DNA from: the human T2T-CHM13v2.0 reference genome, Homo sapiens
Length of the DNA stretch: 64,000 nucleotides
Assembly (NCBI RefSeq): GCF_009914755.1
Contig: NC_060948.1
Strand: one strand, 5' to 3'
The translations under genes and the position numbers were made by a program. Below are positions 35,656 through 49,847 of this stretch, piece by piece (the stretch's first letter is position 1; each line of letters begins with the position of its first letter). The notes under the pieces are model-generated. The model searched no databases and was not told where the DNA came from. It saw nothing but the letters and a program-made list of their open reading frames with translations.

Positions 35656-38600
35656 ATACATGAAGGCTTATGAAGAAACAGAACAAAACTTCTTAATTAC
35701 TCTAAACTACTCATAATATGTTGAAACTACATAAAAATTACTTAGTCTTTTTTAACATCCCGAGAGATGCTTTAGTGAAACACATTTTTCTATCTCCCTA
35801 TTGAGTTAAGAGAGAGTTAATCTTTAGAGAAAACTTTATTACTCAAGCAGACCCTGACATCAAAAGAAAGCTGCAAATCATGTCATAGGTTCAGATAATA
35901 TTGTGGTTTTAGCAATGCATCAAGATATAACAGCCTTTCTTTCATTTGAGATAACACCATGAGTCTTTTATTTTACATTTAAAATTAATGACTGTAAACA
36001 CGGGAAAATGTTGGGAGCAAAAGTTTAAATAAGTGGCAAAATAAGCTGTCAGCAGAGCTATAAGCTTGAATAAGTCATCCACTGGAGTGTAAGGTTTTTA
36101 TGGCCTAAAAAATAAAGATATATGCTTAGTTTGCAAGTTGTCTTGGAGAATGTGTGACTTAGCTTTGCCCAGGCCCAGGACTTGTTAGCTTAGCCCAGGA
36201 ACTCTGCCTGGGAGCTGTCTGAAGGAATAATTTGTAATCACTGCTTAGCTTGGCCCAGGACCTATCATGAGCTAAAGTAAGAACTTGTCCTGGGATGCTG
36301 GCTCAGGACCAATCAGGGACAGAAGTGATGATTCACATGGGTTGAGTAAACAGTCAAAAACAAAAAGAAAGAATCCAGCTGGTACCCACTAGATCCCACT
36401 GGATTTATGTCCACAGGAAAAAAAAAGAAACTTTATTTTTTGGAAGCTCTCTGAGTATACAGAGAACAGCATTTCTATGCCAGGCATTGTTTCCCCATCT
36501 GAGTGAGTCAGAGTTTTGTAAAAGCTTTTATCTGAATGGATGGCAGGTTCTATTATCTGTGTCACTGCAGCCATGTTATCAGGCATAACCTTCTGTGTTA
36601 GATCTCTTACTGGTGCCCACACCTTTTTTTTTTTTTTGGTCTGATTATAATGTTATATTGGAATCAGGCCCTTACCTATGGACTTGGGTCTTCCAGGGAC
36701 CTTTTCCTTGCTCTTTACACAGGGAAAGCTAGCTAAGTTGTCTTTGTACTCCCACAGAAATGAAAACTTTAACTGCTCTTAGGAAATTGGGCATTGGTCT
36801 TTCCGGCTACTTGTTACTGGAGAAGAGTGTCATGTAGAAAACAATAGGTAGGATTCCACTGAGAGTTGGTTTAGGTATTTGTAGAAGAAAGGCATGCTAA
36901 TGCATGGTTTTATTTGCATTACATATTAAAGCATGATAGACTTTAGGCAATAAAAAGATAGTTTGGATTATTAGAAAACACATCACAACTAGACAAGGAG
37001 AGTGAGAATACCTTAAATACCTCAAGGCTGCTGACGTGCTCAGATAACAGGCTGCTTTATTTATCCGTGTTAAGATTTGATTACATGAGACTTGGGTTTA
37101 CTTACCTTTCTTGACTTTATTTTCCAAAATGAAAATACTGTGTTACAGGTACCCTATTTTTTAATTACCTGAAAATATTTGTGGAATGCTTTCATGCTTG
37201 CACAAAATTAGAATATTGTTATAGATTTATCTATTACTCATATTTTTTCTGTTTTCCAAGAACTGTAGCTGGACATCACCAGTTGGCTCAAAGAAACAAA
37301 AAGATTCATTAAAATTGAAAGATGAGATGAGAAGTTAGTGACAGAGGTGTAGTAGACTGTGAAACATATATATTTCTTATAGTCCTGATTTTTGTTAAAA
37401 ATAAATCACGATAAAAGAAAGTTGTTTGCAAAACAGACTTGTCTACACTTAGCCAGACTATTTTTGTATAGTGCTGCAAGAAATAATTTTACATGTGCTT
37501 TCCTCATTGGCTTTTTATGAAACTCTATCTTACAGGGAATCTTAAATGAGACATTATAAAACTGAGCCCGGCCGTAGGTTTGTACCCTTAGATACATATC
37601 ACCTGGGTAAGCTCCTCTATTTTGTGAGGCTCCAAGTGCATGAAGTTCCTGGGCCTGAAACAAAGTGGCAGTTTTGTTTGTTTGTTTGTTTGTTTTTACT
37701 TACAAAGTGGTTAGAAAACCTGTATTGGGATTGTGTAAACAAAGTATATGGCCAGTTTTCCCAAGGGGCTTTTATTGTTTCTAGAGGTCAAATTTAATTC
37801 ATTTAAGAAGACACACTCTTCCAGTCAAACCCTGAGAAAATCAACCAGCTTTTTCTATTGGGTTATGCTGCAAATGAAAATACATTTTTTGTTGCACCGA
37901 TTCAAACAATTATATTGTTGTAAGTTAAGAATAATCACACATAGTTTCCAAATTTTAGAGGAACCAGGCACAGAGGGAAAAAAAGTATTTTCCAAGTTTT
38001 ATTAACAACAGTCTATCAATGACAGTGTTAAAAACTGTAGCTAGTTTAAAAGAAAGTGTTCCTGACTTTAAAACAAAAAACAAGAGTCAGAAATATTCCA
38101 AACAAAAGGTAAAGTGATTGCTTCATTATTCTGCCGCTTTAGTCTATTTTAACATTTGTCCTGCTTGACATTTATAAACATTTTAGCTATTCCTAAATTC
38201 TGTGCATTTTTCTGTTGTAAAAAACCTGCAGTTGAGACGACCTGGAAAACTTCTAGAGCTAATTATAAACCCTTATTCTTGAGGGAGATTAAATGTTTAT
38301 AAATGACAACATATCTAGGGTGGTTAGAAACAGAATAGACAAAGACACTTGGTTATGTCTGTGGTTTACAAGAGCTTAACATAATAATTTTAATTAAAAT
38401 TGATAGCACATATTCAGAGATTAAGAACATTAAGAACACTATATGGTTTTGATACTTGTGTTAATATGACTCACTGAAATATATTCTGAAAAAAATAAAA
38501 TATTACCATCAAAATTACATGTATTTAAGTATGTTTTATAAATATGTTTAACTTTTTCTTTTATGCCCAGGGGCCCTCTGAAGCACCCAAAATATAGGTT

Positions 38601-39700
38601 TCGGAAGATTCATCCTTGAAATTAAAATTTTATGCCTGGAAGCCTGCCAAACATTTTAGAGGATTAAGACACTTAAGATTATGAAATACAATTCCAGATT
38701 TCCATAAGTCATTTGTTTTGCCAAAATACAAAAGGTAGAAATGTTTGAAAGGGCAGAAATGTTTTATCAGCCTTCACTATTATGTAATAATCTCTTTCAG
38801 AAAGACAAATTTTACCCTTGAATTAATCTCCTCCTAATATTAACCCTAAATTTAATGAAACCTTATGTAAAATTATGTTTAACCTTAGAAAGTTTGACCA
38901 TGAAGTGAGATTTTCACAAGGTTACTACAACATTTTAATAACCTTTTACAAATTTGCTAAAGAAAGATTAGTGTTTCAAGAAATTTTTGTTGTGCTTTCA
39001 TTTCAATGCTTAACTGAAGAAATAAACATAATACACTTATGAATCTAGTTACTAGGTTACAGAGGTTTTTTTGGCAATATCGAATTTTTGACAGTTATTT
39101 TTCACAGCTTGTGTAAACATTTAGATTTACTTTAGTTAATTAAAGAAAATCCTTTAACTCTAGCAAAATGCACATTTCCATGCCTTTCTATAATTTATTT
39201 TTACTACAAACACATTTTACTCTTCTACCACACCTGGTGATTAAATTTACATTCCATATTCTCAATTACGCATTATAATAATACCTTTTAACAATTAACT
39301 TGAATGTAAGACCTTATGAGTTTATAAAATGATGGGCTGGGTGCAGATAAATCTGATTTGTGACAACATTATTAAGGGAGTGTTTATTTTTATATGTCTT
39401 CGGGCCTTAGGTTGTTTTTGTTTTCCATAAGTTAAAATCACGTGAACTGAAAAGTACAAAAGCCTTTATTTTCTTGTTCAGCAAAATATTTACTTCAAGT
39501 ACTTATTCTTCACTGAGTTAATGAGTCATATTTTTTAAAAAAAATACACATAACACATACATAACAATACAGAGAAACAGAAGTTCCAGGAGCTATAAAA
39601 TTTTATTTTACCAGTTTTCCAATTGGATTATTGACCTCTGAGGCCCTTTAAGAAGTGCGCTATGAATAGTTTCCAGGGCCTAATAAAAAAGCCTCACTGA

Positions 39701-40001
39701 GGCTGGGCACGATGGCTCACACCTGTAATCCCAGCACTTTACGAAGCCCAGGTTGGGAGAGCAGAAGGTCAAGAGATTGAGACAAACCTGGCCAACGTGG
39801 TTAAACCCCGTCTCTACTAAAAACACAGAAATTAGCTGGGCATGATTGTGTACAATTTTTAGTCTCAGCTACTCGGGAGGCTGAGAGAGGAGAATCACTT
39901 GGAAACAGGAGAATCCCTTGATCCCAGGAGGCAGGGGTTGCAATGATACAAGGGTGTACAACTGCACTCCAGCCTGGTGACAGAGTGAGACTCCCAAAAA
40001 A

Positions 40002-40034
<33 letters not shown>

Positions 40035-40055
40035 GAAAAGAAAAGAAAAGAAAAA
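39701..40055 (+). mobile_element. AluSc-like element with a short internal duplication
   Basis: ggtcaagagattgagac and agcctggtgacagag. aggagaatc(a/c)cttg duplicated at ~39888-39920. Confidence 0.88.
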
Positions 40056-41195
40056 GCATAGCTTGCAAAAGAGATAGATAAGAGAGAGATTTTGAGAGGT
40101 ATTATTCACTTCTAATTCCAAGGCCTACATAAGAAATACAGATTTCTCACAAAAGACAATTTGTGGTAGAGTGGATAAAGGTAATTTAGCTGACAGAGAG
40201 AAAAAACTTTTTCAAGAAAACAAGATTTATGAGGAGAAAAACATAAATGTCTTTTGAATATACCTATAGCATAAATCTCCACTTTTAATTAAGCTGATAG
40301 CTTTTTAACATTTTTTATTAATTTTACCTTACAGAGAATATAAACAGGGATGTGTATAATTTATTTGACCAGTTTACACCGCTACCTGTTCACAATCATG
40401 TTCATCTTCTCAAGTTTCCCCTGGTAGAAAGTCGCTGGGTTCAGGCAAGGACAGGCTTTCAAATGGGCTGCAGCTCTCTTTAGCATCAAAGCCTGACATT
40501 TGAGGAGGCGATTGTCAGTTCACAAGAGACTTTTTTAAGGAAACAGCAGTCCTGCTATGCTGTGTGGTGTGCCATCAGGCATGTTATTTTCATAGTGAAA
40601 CTAATGACTTCTGACACCAACAATGTCACCGATGCAACTGCTGAGAAGTAGGCTGTCCATTTTATTAGAAACCAAGCTAAATTTCTTCCTTAAGTAAACC
40701 ACTAGTTGTGGAGCTGGACCTCGAGCCTCATCTCAGGTTTCAAGGTCTATTTTCTCTCTTCCTGATACACAGAGATTAATGCCTTTACTATGGAAAAACC
40801 TAGGGCTTGTGCTTTAAGTAAGGTTTGTTTAGCTGGTTAAATTTTTGTGAGTACCAGGTTCTTAAGTTAAGCAGTGAGTTTTATCTGCTTTAGTTTCTAC
40901 TATGACATGGTATAAAAGATTAGCTACTTCTCTGTACCGAAGTACCTGCCATCTGAAAAATCAGGTAATGCCCAAGAATCTTCTTAACTGTCAAAAAAAA
41001 TGGGATTGATTCCTGACCTTGTGTGTTGGTCTCTTCTAATAAGACTAGACTCAGGTACCATACTGAAGTCTGAAAGAGTTGAGCATTAGATTTTGATAAT
41101 CAATAGTTTTGTTTTGTTTTGCTTTGTTTTTTAATTTTTGCCAGATAGTTTAGCAGAGCATTAGTGCGTTCCCAGGAAGCCCATCACAATCTTGC

Positions 41196-42089
41196 TATTG
41201 TATTTCACCAGTGCACAAACACTAACAGTCTCTACTTATCTAAGTTAATACTGGATGTTTCTTTTCTATGTTTTAGAAGAATAAGAATCACAGACACATT
41301 TTAGAAGACTAAAGAGCACTAAGGTTGAAGAGAAAGTTTAAGAAGCAAAAGAAAACAGCTCAATGACGGCAGTGATGTGGTCAAAATGGGTTAAGCAATA
41401 TGAAACTTGGGTTCAGCATTTTTGTGTTGTGAGTGGTAAGAAATGGACTTAGTCTGTAGGCTGTCTTAAAAAATGTGTGGCTTAGTTCTGCCTGGGTCCT
41501 TAGATCCTAGCCCAATCAGAAAGCTTAGCCTGAGACCTTGGCTCAGTACCTATTAGTTGCAAAAGTCAATATTCATAAAGGCTACTCAGCTTAGCGAACA
41601 ACTCTTCAGAAGCTGAAGTGAAACCGTGGCCCAGGATTTTGTCCAGAACTAATCTGAGGCTGAAGTAATGATTCAGAGATGTGGGGCTCACAATCCAAGA
41701 AGAAACTAAAAGTGTTCCCTGGAAGGCACTTACTCCCACTCTCCCACTCTCTTTATGTTCACAAAATGAAAAGAAACATTTCTGGAAGCCCACTGATTAT
41801 AAAATGGACAAAGCTATTTCTATTGCAGGCCTTGTCTTCCCATTTGAGTAAGCTTGAAGTTTCCAGAAGTTTCTGAGTGAGCTGGAGGTTCTTCTATCTG
41901 TGCAGCTGTGGGCATGTCTTCAGACACAACTCTCTGTTCTAGTTCATGTATTGGTGCCTTCAGCTGGAATGTTTTTTTCTAGGCTGCTTTTTATCTTATG
42001 TGGAAATGAGGCAGTGACCAGTGGGCTCAGAAGTTTCTGGAGATACTTGTCTTTCTGTCTGTATAAGGCAAGCTAGCTAACACACTTCA
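41196..42089 (-). mobile_element. Third same-family LTR lying inside the nested provirus, between pro and RT
   Basis: Reverse LTR termini tattgtatttcaccagtgcac...ggcaagctagctaacacacttca, as at 35899 and 45131. Confidence 0.75.
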
Positions 42090-45000
42090 CTATTGGAGGA
42101 GATCCCTGGATTGGAGAGAAGAAGAGAGAAACAGGCTCTAGAATTTAGAAAAATGTTGTTCTTTTTGTTGTTGTTGTTGTTTAATTTCCATTTTGCCTCA
42201 AGAATTACTTGAATCCTCTAGATCACAGTGACAGGTAGAGCTTGGTATCAATTATTCCTGCTGAACAATGTGGGATACACATGCTGGACATGGTGACCTA
42301 TGTCTCTGGGGACATTTCTTCTTTCACTCATCTCCCTCACAGGCTGAACATTAGGGTATATTCTTTTACCGCCTGGGCAATTCCTTTTAAAGTGTCCTGG
42401 CTTGTCACACTAGTAGAAATCAGCAGGTGTATGTTGGGGATTCTAGATCTTGTAGGCCTGTGAAATGGTGAGTAATGCCTTTTTCAATCTCTTGTGTCTC
42501 CTCTCTACTTACTAGGTCTCCTCTTTCCAGTTCTTGTTTTAAAAGATCAGGAAGCCACTCCAGGAAGTTTTCCAAAGTGCTATCTGATCCCAAAGCTTAC
42601 TTCTGTAGTTTTTTTTTTCTGATATTAGAAGATGGCTGAGAAATAAACTAGTATTTTAACATTGTCTAACTCCTGATTGAATTAGGACATAGAGAGATAT
42701 GTTTTGCTAAAGCTTCTCTCAGCCTTTCCAAAGAAGCTGAGAGATATTTTTCTGGTTTGTGGTTCAACAAGGGCAGTTTAGAGTAATTAACAGGTTTTAT
42801 TCTGGTTCTTTGGAAGTCTGTTAATATGCACAGTAGAAAGTGTTCTTTTTTCCATTCAGCTATGTGTTTACTAAGGCTTCAATTAGGATTGTAAAACAGC
42901 AGTATTTTTATTTCTGTTGGAAATAGTAATTCTGTCTTTTTTCACTCATTTTCATCTTCCAAATGTGTCTATTTTTGATTGACTATGGGATGTCAGTTGT
43001 TCATCTTCAAATTCCTTTGTTGCCTATAATGCTGCCTGTAGTGCTGCCTGTTTTTCAGCAGTAGTTAAAATGTGGCTTAATAGTTGCACTGCATTTCTGC
43101 AGATAAGATGAAAAATGTGGTTTAAATTTTGGAAAGCCTGTGTAGGTCTATCAGGGAACTGCCCTAAGTCTGGCTTTATGTGTACATTTACTGCAGTGAG
43201 AAGGAAATTTAAACCTTAGTAGCACCATGTTCATTGTGCGTTTGTTATATTGGCAACAGTAAAGTTGAAGGTTTCCTGGGAATGCACAACCATAGGGGTT
43301 ATTATATGGCTATTCTGAGTCTCAGATAAAGGAGGCAGATTGGGCACTCAGAAAATGCATTTGGCCGTTCTCTAGAGATTTGACTCTTTAACTTTGGTAG
43401 ACTCACCTTGCATGGTTCCCAAAGTGGCAGGTGAAATTTTACAATGTTTACAAAATCTTGGTTTTTTGGAGAGCAAAAAGACCTAGTTGTTAGATATTAC
43501 TGAAATTATGCTTCTTTGGGAAGGCCAGGTCTTCTATCAGGAATATGGCCATCTTGTTGTCAATTGAATATTATTATTATTGTTTTTAAATTTAGAGACT
43601 CAGGGTCAATGGAGTCACAGTGCTTCCAAGTGCATTCAAGGGGAGTGCAGTCTACAGTTGCTTTGTTGCCATCTAGGAACAGAGAGGAAATAAGGCATCA
43701 CTCAGATGCCTTCCTCCTTTTGTTGTTACCCAGAATAAATAGAAAGAGTTAAGGTATACTTTTTCATCTTTTTCCTCTGTCTCATTGGTGTCCCCAAATG
43801 GTCATAGGTGCTGCCCATAAATGGAAGTATAGCCTTTACTCATAAATCTGGAGGAGCTAGTCAGCAGCACTAGTGACACTCACCTGTGCAAATCCCTACT
43901 TTTCTGCCCTGCTTTTGCCCGAGACCCACTGAGCCCCAAAGGCTTGCAATTCACCCCAGAGGCCTTGGAGATGTTACATAGTAGTAAAATTTGTTCAAAC
44001 CATTTTAATAGAGGAAGTGTCTTCCTACTAACTTTGGTTTTTCTAACTATGTTCTCAGTGAAACATCAGAATCTCAGAGAATGAGACAGACTGACTTTCA
44101 AGCATTTTAAATCCAAAATTAGTGCAGCATAGAAAAGGTGGCTCAAAGCTGTAGAAATGGAATGGCTGAATGGTCCTTCATGGGGAAAGCAAAGAAGCTA
44201 AAATATGTCCTGTAACATTGTCTTTCTCCTTTAATAGCGGAGTCTGCCTGTTTACAGATAGGACATGGGGCCTAACCAATGAGAGTGGAATGTAAATGGG
44301 AAAATAATTTGAAAAATCTAAGTTTTGGACAATGAATTGCCAAGGCTCCAGGTAGAAAAGAAATCTCATTTCACTAGGTGGTGATGTAAGGTTAGAAATG
44401 CTAGCTTAAGAATTCTGACTCAAAATTATTTTTATTCATAAGTTAGAAAGACAGATTTGGGTTTTGATATATTGTTTCCACCGCATGTCTCTCAACAGGC
44501 ATAAATGAACTTGTCTCATGATGGAACTTTTATGTGGAGGAAAATAATATATTTGTAAAAATTCCTAATAAAGGAAAAGGTAATTACTTGGGGTCAAATC
44601 CTTCCCATACAGTGCCATGAATGTCTATTATTGAGGGACAAAAAGGCTTTTATAGGTAAAAATTTATACTGAAATCTTGAGTTCCACTTGTTTCAGGGAA
44701 ATCACAAAAATAAACCTTTTTAAATTACATTCATAATTACTAACACACCAAGTGAGTGTATTAAGCAAGTCTGTATACACCTAGTCTGCAAAAGTACCTA
44801 CAGCATTGCATACAATATGAAAGGCATTATAGCTGTGAAAATCAAAATTATAAATTCAATAGATAAAAATGGGAAATCCTTGAGCCAAAGGCCTGATGAG
44901 CCGTCACAGACCAGAATTAGTCTCAAGGCAATCAGGTAACACTGTGATGTAGCCTCAAGCTGAAACTTCAGTTTCCTTAGGATCTCCTTTAAATCTCATG

Positions 45001-48000
45001 TAATTGCCAGGCTCTTTATGAGAAAAAAATATTCTTGAAACAAAGAAGACATTTTTGAAATGAATACGAAAGTTTAAATTCTATTTTTAACCCTCTGAGT
45101 TATTTTCTTTTCAGTCCATGCATCAATATATGTTGTAGTCTCACCAATGCAACAAGATGTAAAGGTATCCCTTTGTCTGTGATTATATGCAAAGATCTTG
45201 GTCTTAGTTCAAAAAAAAAAAATTAAGAAGCTCAGAAACAAAGTTGAGATTAAAGAAAAAAAAAAGAAAAAAGTGCAAGAAGAAAGCTCTCTGCCAGTGA
45301 AAAGAAGGGTGCAAATGTGTTTCCCACTATGAGGTTGAGGTTCAGGGTTATTATGAACTAGCATGAGAAAGAAATGCTTTAAGTCAATGCACTCTTTTGA
45401 AGACCATGTGATTCAGCTGGGCCTGGGGTCTCGGCCTGAGAATAATTAGAAAGCTTAACCCAAGAAATTTCCCTAGAAATAATCAGGAGGTGTAGTCATA
45501 ATTTATAGAAGCTGCTGAGCTCATCCCATGACCTATAAGGAGCTTCCTGGAATCCAAATGATTATACAAAAGGCAAGGATATTTTTGTGCCAGGGCTCAT
45601 TTTCTTATCACAGTGAGGCCGAGTTTTGTGCAAGACTTTTATCTGAATTGACTTAAGGTTCTTCTGTCTGTGAAGATATGAATCTCAAGATGCAGCCACC
45701 TTTATTAGTTGTCTTATTGGTATCTGCAGCCTGATTTTTTTTCGGACTGCTTATGTGTTATGTATAAATGAGACACAAACATGTAGACTGGTGGTTTTCC
45801 AGGGACCCTTTCCTTGCTGTCTCCTTAAGTCAAGCTAGCTTTATCATCTCAATAACACCTTAAAGAATGTCCCGGATGTGTCTACTTCAGATTTTACAAT
45901 AGGAAACATGAGGAGGCATAAAAAAGGAGAGTAAAAACAAGAAAAGAACAGAGAGTCTAGCTAACACAATAGAGTTTTCTAAAAATGCAGGCCCCAGGGT
46001 GGCACCTGCTATCTGCTATCAATGTGGTAAAACAGGACACTTTAGCAAGAAATGTGGAGACAACAATAGGAAGCCACCTCAACATTGTCCAACTTACGGT
46101 GGTGAGCACTGAAGTGTGTGCTAATTTAAGAGGCATACATCACTAAGCCCAGGACCAGTCTCACAAAGGGTCCAGCAGGACTGACAGTTCCCTGGAGATC
46201 AATTCCCCAGCCCTAACAGCTGCCATACTCTTCAGGTTCCATACTCTTCAAAATCCTTGGGTGATTCTGGAGGTGGAAGGGAGGAAAGTAGACTTCCTTC
46301 TGGAAACTGGAGCAGGTCTGTTTGTTCTGCTTTCCAATCAAGGCTTTCTCTCGTCCCACAATGTGACAATGATGGATGTGTCAGCAAAGTCCTTTATACA
46401 ATATTTTCTCAGCCCATTAGTTATGGTTGAAACAGCCTTCTATTTAGTCATATCAATTTAATAATTCCTGAAATTTCCACTTTATTACTAGGTAGAGATA
46501 TTTTAGCCCATAAAGAAGCATCCATCTGAATGGCTGCATGATAAATTCTTGCTCTCCCCTAAGGGGAAACCAATATTAAATAACAAGCATGGGATGTCGA
46601 GAAAAATGTTGCTGGGCTACAAGCACTGTATGCATCCATATTTACCTTAAGGATTTCACTATTTTTTCTAGCCAGAGGCAGTATTTCCCAAAGCCAGAAG
46701 GTGGAAAAGGGCTAGAAGTCATTATAAATAAGCTATAAATGAAAGGCATTTTTAGACCCTGCAACAGTCTTTAGAAAACTCCAAATATCAAAGAAGGTCA
46801 CTTTTTAACATGCTCAGAAATCCCATTTTTTTTTTTTTTGGACCTCAATAGGTGAAAAGTTTACCCAACTCGTAGGTATTTGGAAGTAAAACCCATGGTT
46901 GTGCTTGGCTTTAAGAGGTCTTATCAGAAGTTCCTCATTAAAAAAGAGTTTCATCAAAGCCAATGTACAAAGGCTATTTGAGAATAATTATTTGGCCTGC
47001 ATTTTATACCAATAATTAATTTAACTATTACTTTATGGAGTATTTTGCTATCAACTCAGGCCTATTATATTTGTTTTTTATAGAAATGAACAAGGAAAAG
47101 AGAAAAATTTATTTCAAATATTACATTGGCCATTATCTTCTACTCTCATTAGTTGTCTTTAGAATTTGCCTATATTTTATAATATCCCTGTTAATTCCTG
47201 TGATCCGCTCAGAAATCTCCTGCTACAGCTAAGTAGAAAACATAAAAAGATTAATATTGTGATGTATGTAATAATACCCTGTTGTAGGCAATTATTCTAC
47301 AAATTTTGCCAGGTAAAGAGACTATATTGTGGACTCATAATCAAGGGGTGTTTATGTTTGTGGGGTTAAGACTAAGGAAGTTAAGCAAAGCAAAGCCCCA
47401 TGAACTCACAACTTCTCTGGCGTACCTATAGCCCTCAGTTATCAGGGCATGTCCACAGCCTCAGAATTTTTAAGCTGTTTATTACCTCAGCTAATCTCAT
47501 TTTAACACAGATATTTTGAGAAACCAAATTTTTTCATCTCATGTAGAGGAAATCAAACTCCAAATGGTACTGCAAATGAAACCACTTATGAAAACACTGT
47601 GTTTCTGGAAATATTATCCTGACCTCAGGTGGAGTTCCAGCTGTTGTATTTTGTTGTACAAACCCCCTCCCTAAGAGTAAGTAGCTGGAAAGATCAATTC
47701 TCCCTAACAGCAGTTAGTTAGGTATTCAGGGTGGGCCTCTCCCTAACAGTAGAGAATAGTTAGGTAGTTAGAAGGGGACCTTGGTATAACTTCTAGAAAC
47801 AAAGATCCAGCTTGCAAAAAAGATCCTACAGACACATATTAGTAAACTTACACAAACCTTCAGCCCACTGATATGAAGAAACGCAGGCCGACATAGACAT
47901 ATCTTTGTTCTTTGTGCACAAAGATATGCTCACAAAGAAACTAACTGAAAAACAACAACATTGAAACACCCTTTTCTTTTGTATAAGCAATGGACTATCA

Positions 48001-48514
48001 AATATAGTCACTATTTTTTCAGCTGGAGGAAGTACACAGTGGGGGACAATAAGTTTTAGTGGGCCTTTTTTTTTCTGGACACCCTTTGGAATACAACAAG
48101 AACTGGTATAAATTATCACGTCAGTCTCTGATTAGTCATGGGTCAAGGTCGTGGACCAAGCTTTTACATTAGCACTTGTTAGTCATGGGTCAAGGACATG
48201 GGCCAACTTTTCATGTCAGAACTTGTTTGGTCCCAAACAAATTCCAAAGCCAAACTGATCTTTTTCCAAGATCAGTCATCATATTCTTCCATTTCCCAGT
48301 ACATGAGGACCCCAAACACCAGTGTTACAGTGGGCAACTAATTTTGGTTGTCACGGTGGAGAGCTATTTTAATTTCCTTCTTACACTTTGTTTCTACTTT
48401 CAATTTTTGTGTGACTTCCTCAAGTTTTTGGCCATGAGAAAAATAACTTTTTGTGATATGTCACAATGAGAATTTTCTACACGTGTACACATGGTTCATG
48501 GTGAGAATACAAAA

Positions 48515-49847
48515 AATGAAGCCTGAATTGAGACCTGGGATGCATAAGTCTTACTGGACCTTCTAAAATCTGGCCCTGGAAAGCAACCTATGTCCCTGCA
48601 CACATTCCATCTTCCAGTTGTCGCCACCACTGGCTGGATAGGTTTGAGGTGGCATCCTTTTGTTTTTTCTGCAGTTCTTCCTGAACAGTCCTGGATGGCC
48701 AAACTTGCAGAAGTTCGAAGGTCCAGCTCAAAACTCCTGGATTTTGTAGACCTATAATTCAGTCACTTGTGCTTTGTCTGACTCTTGTTTTTTCCTCCCT
48801 TCCTGGGCCTCTTTATGGTCCCTATTGTAAAAGACCAGGAATGCCACCCCACAACAGTTTTTCTACAGTGGTATCCCATAGCATAGCCTGCTTTTGAAGT
48901 TACCTTCTGATTTAAAAATTGAGTAATAAACTGGTCTTTTAAGATTATCTGTATTTTATTTAAATCAGGAGATAGGATTTTTTCTCAAAATCCACAGAAT
49001 CCATTCTCACCCTTTCACCCTTTTCATAAAGTCTGAAATATTTTGATTTGGTTTTTATTTCACTATGGCCAGTTTAGGTCAATTGAGAGATTTGATTCCA
49101 GTTTCTTGAAAGCTTTTTAATATTCACATTGGAAAGTCTTTGTTTCCACTCTCCCATTAAATCAGTAGGCCTTTAGTTAGGGTTTTTAAGGGCAATGTCT
49201 CCCTTCTTATTGGAAATGGGGCTTATACTTTTCCACTTTTTTTTTCTTTTTTGGACAGGTTTTCTTCTTTGGGTGGCTATATGAAATATTCCATTTGTCC
49301 TTGAAACTCTCTGTTGCCTGTAGGTCTTCCTGTTCCTCAGAAATACTTCAGATTTGGCTTAGGAATGACAACATTTTGCCATGCAAAATCAAAAACTTGG
49401 ACAGCATTTTGGAAAGCCTGTCTGTATTCATCCAGGTTATCAAAATACTTTTCTGTGTCCCAATCTATGTGTTTAAAGTCTTGTAACTAAAAGAGAACCA
49501 GGAATTTAGAAGCACCATGTTTATTGAGCATTTTCTTTAGGGGTAGCAGTTTAATGGAGGATTGATTGGGATAATTGAAGAAGCTGAGGATGATAAAGTG
49601 ACTAGAGGAGTCTCTGGATAGGGGATAGAAGAAAAGCTGGAACATCTGGAAGTTTCTTCTGAGGCTTTCCTGGGCAGTTGTTTCTCTGACTTTTGAGAAA
49701 TGTTCACTATAGACAAGTCCAATGTGCTAAGAGGGCATGGTCAACATTACAATGCTTACAAATATCTGGATTGTTTGCAGGACAAAGAAAGCACCTCAGA
49801 CAATTTGCCTTATCACTTGAAGAAAATATCTAGGTGTTAGATAGTAT
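48515..49847 (-). mobile_element. ERV1 gag fragment (MA to gag/pro junction)
   Basis: ttttggaaagcctgtctgtattcatccagg and tttggcttaggaatgacaacat are reverse gag motifs shared with ~31030-31120 and ~43080-43160. Confidence 0.7.

Larger units (their letters stand above)
35899..45851 (-). mobile_element. Nested LTR25-like ERV1 provirus (3' LTR ~35899-36750, 5' LTR 45131-45851)
   Basis: 4-bp TSD ATAA at 35895-35898 and 45852-45855. Host gag reads through across the insert. PBS-like sequence at ~45110-45130. gag/pro ~42100-43680 and RT remnants ~40400-41190 on the minus strand. Confidence 0.8.
31542..48514 (+). mobile_element. LTR25-like ERV1 provirus (5' LTR ~31542-32295, 3' LTR ~47750-48514), pol largely deleted, carrying nested insertions
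   Basis: PBS-like ttttggttcatggacctgg at 32301. gag ~34240-35898 resumes at 45852 with zinc knuckle CYQCGKTGHFSKKC. Protease ILEVEGRKVDFLLETGAGL at 46261. Confidence 0.75.

Noticed and set aside
35082-35686. Six overlapping 142-196 aa Tyr/Ile-rich ORFs
   Set aside because: Artefact of a stop-free TA minisatellite; ORFs are open on both strands
41480-41680. Recurring cttagc/ccaatcag/ggccaag motifs here and in the other ERV1 LTRs
   Set aside because: Intrinsic CCAAT-containing tandem units of the LTR family, not a separate element
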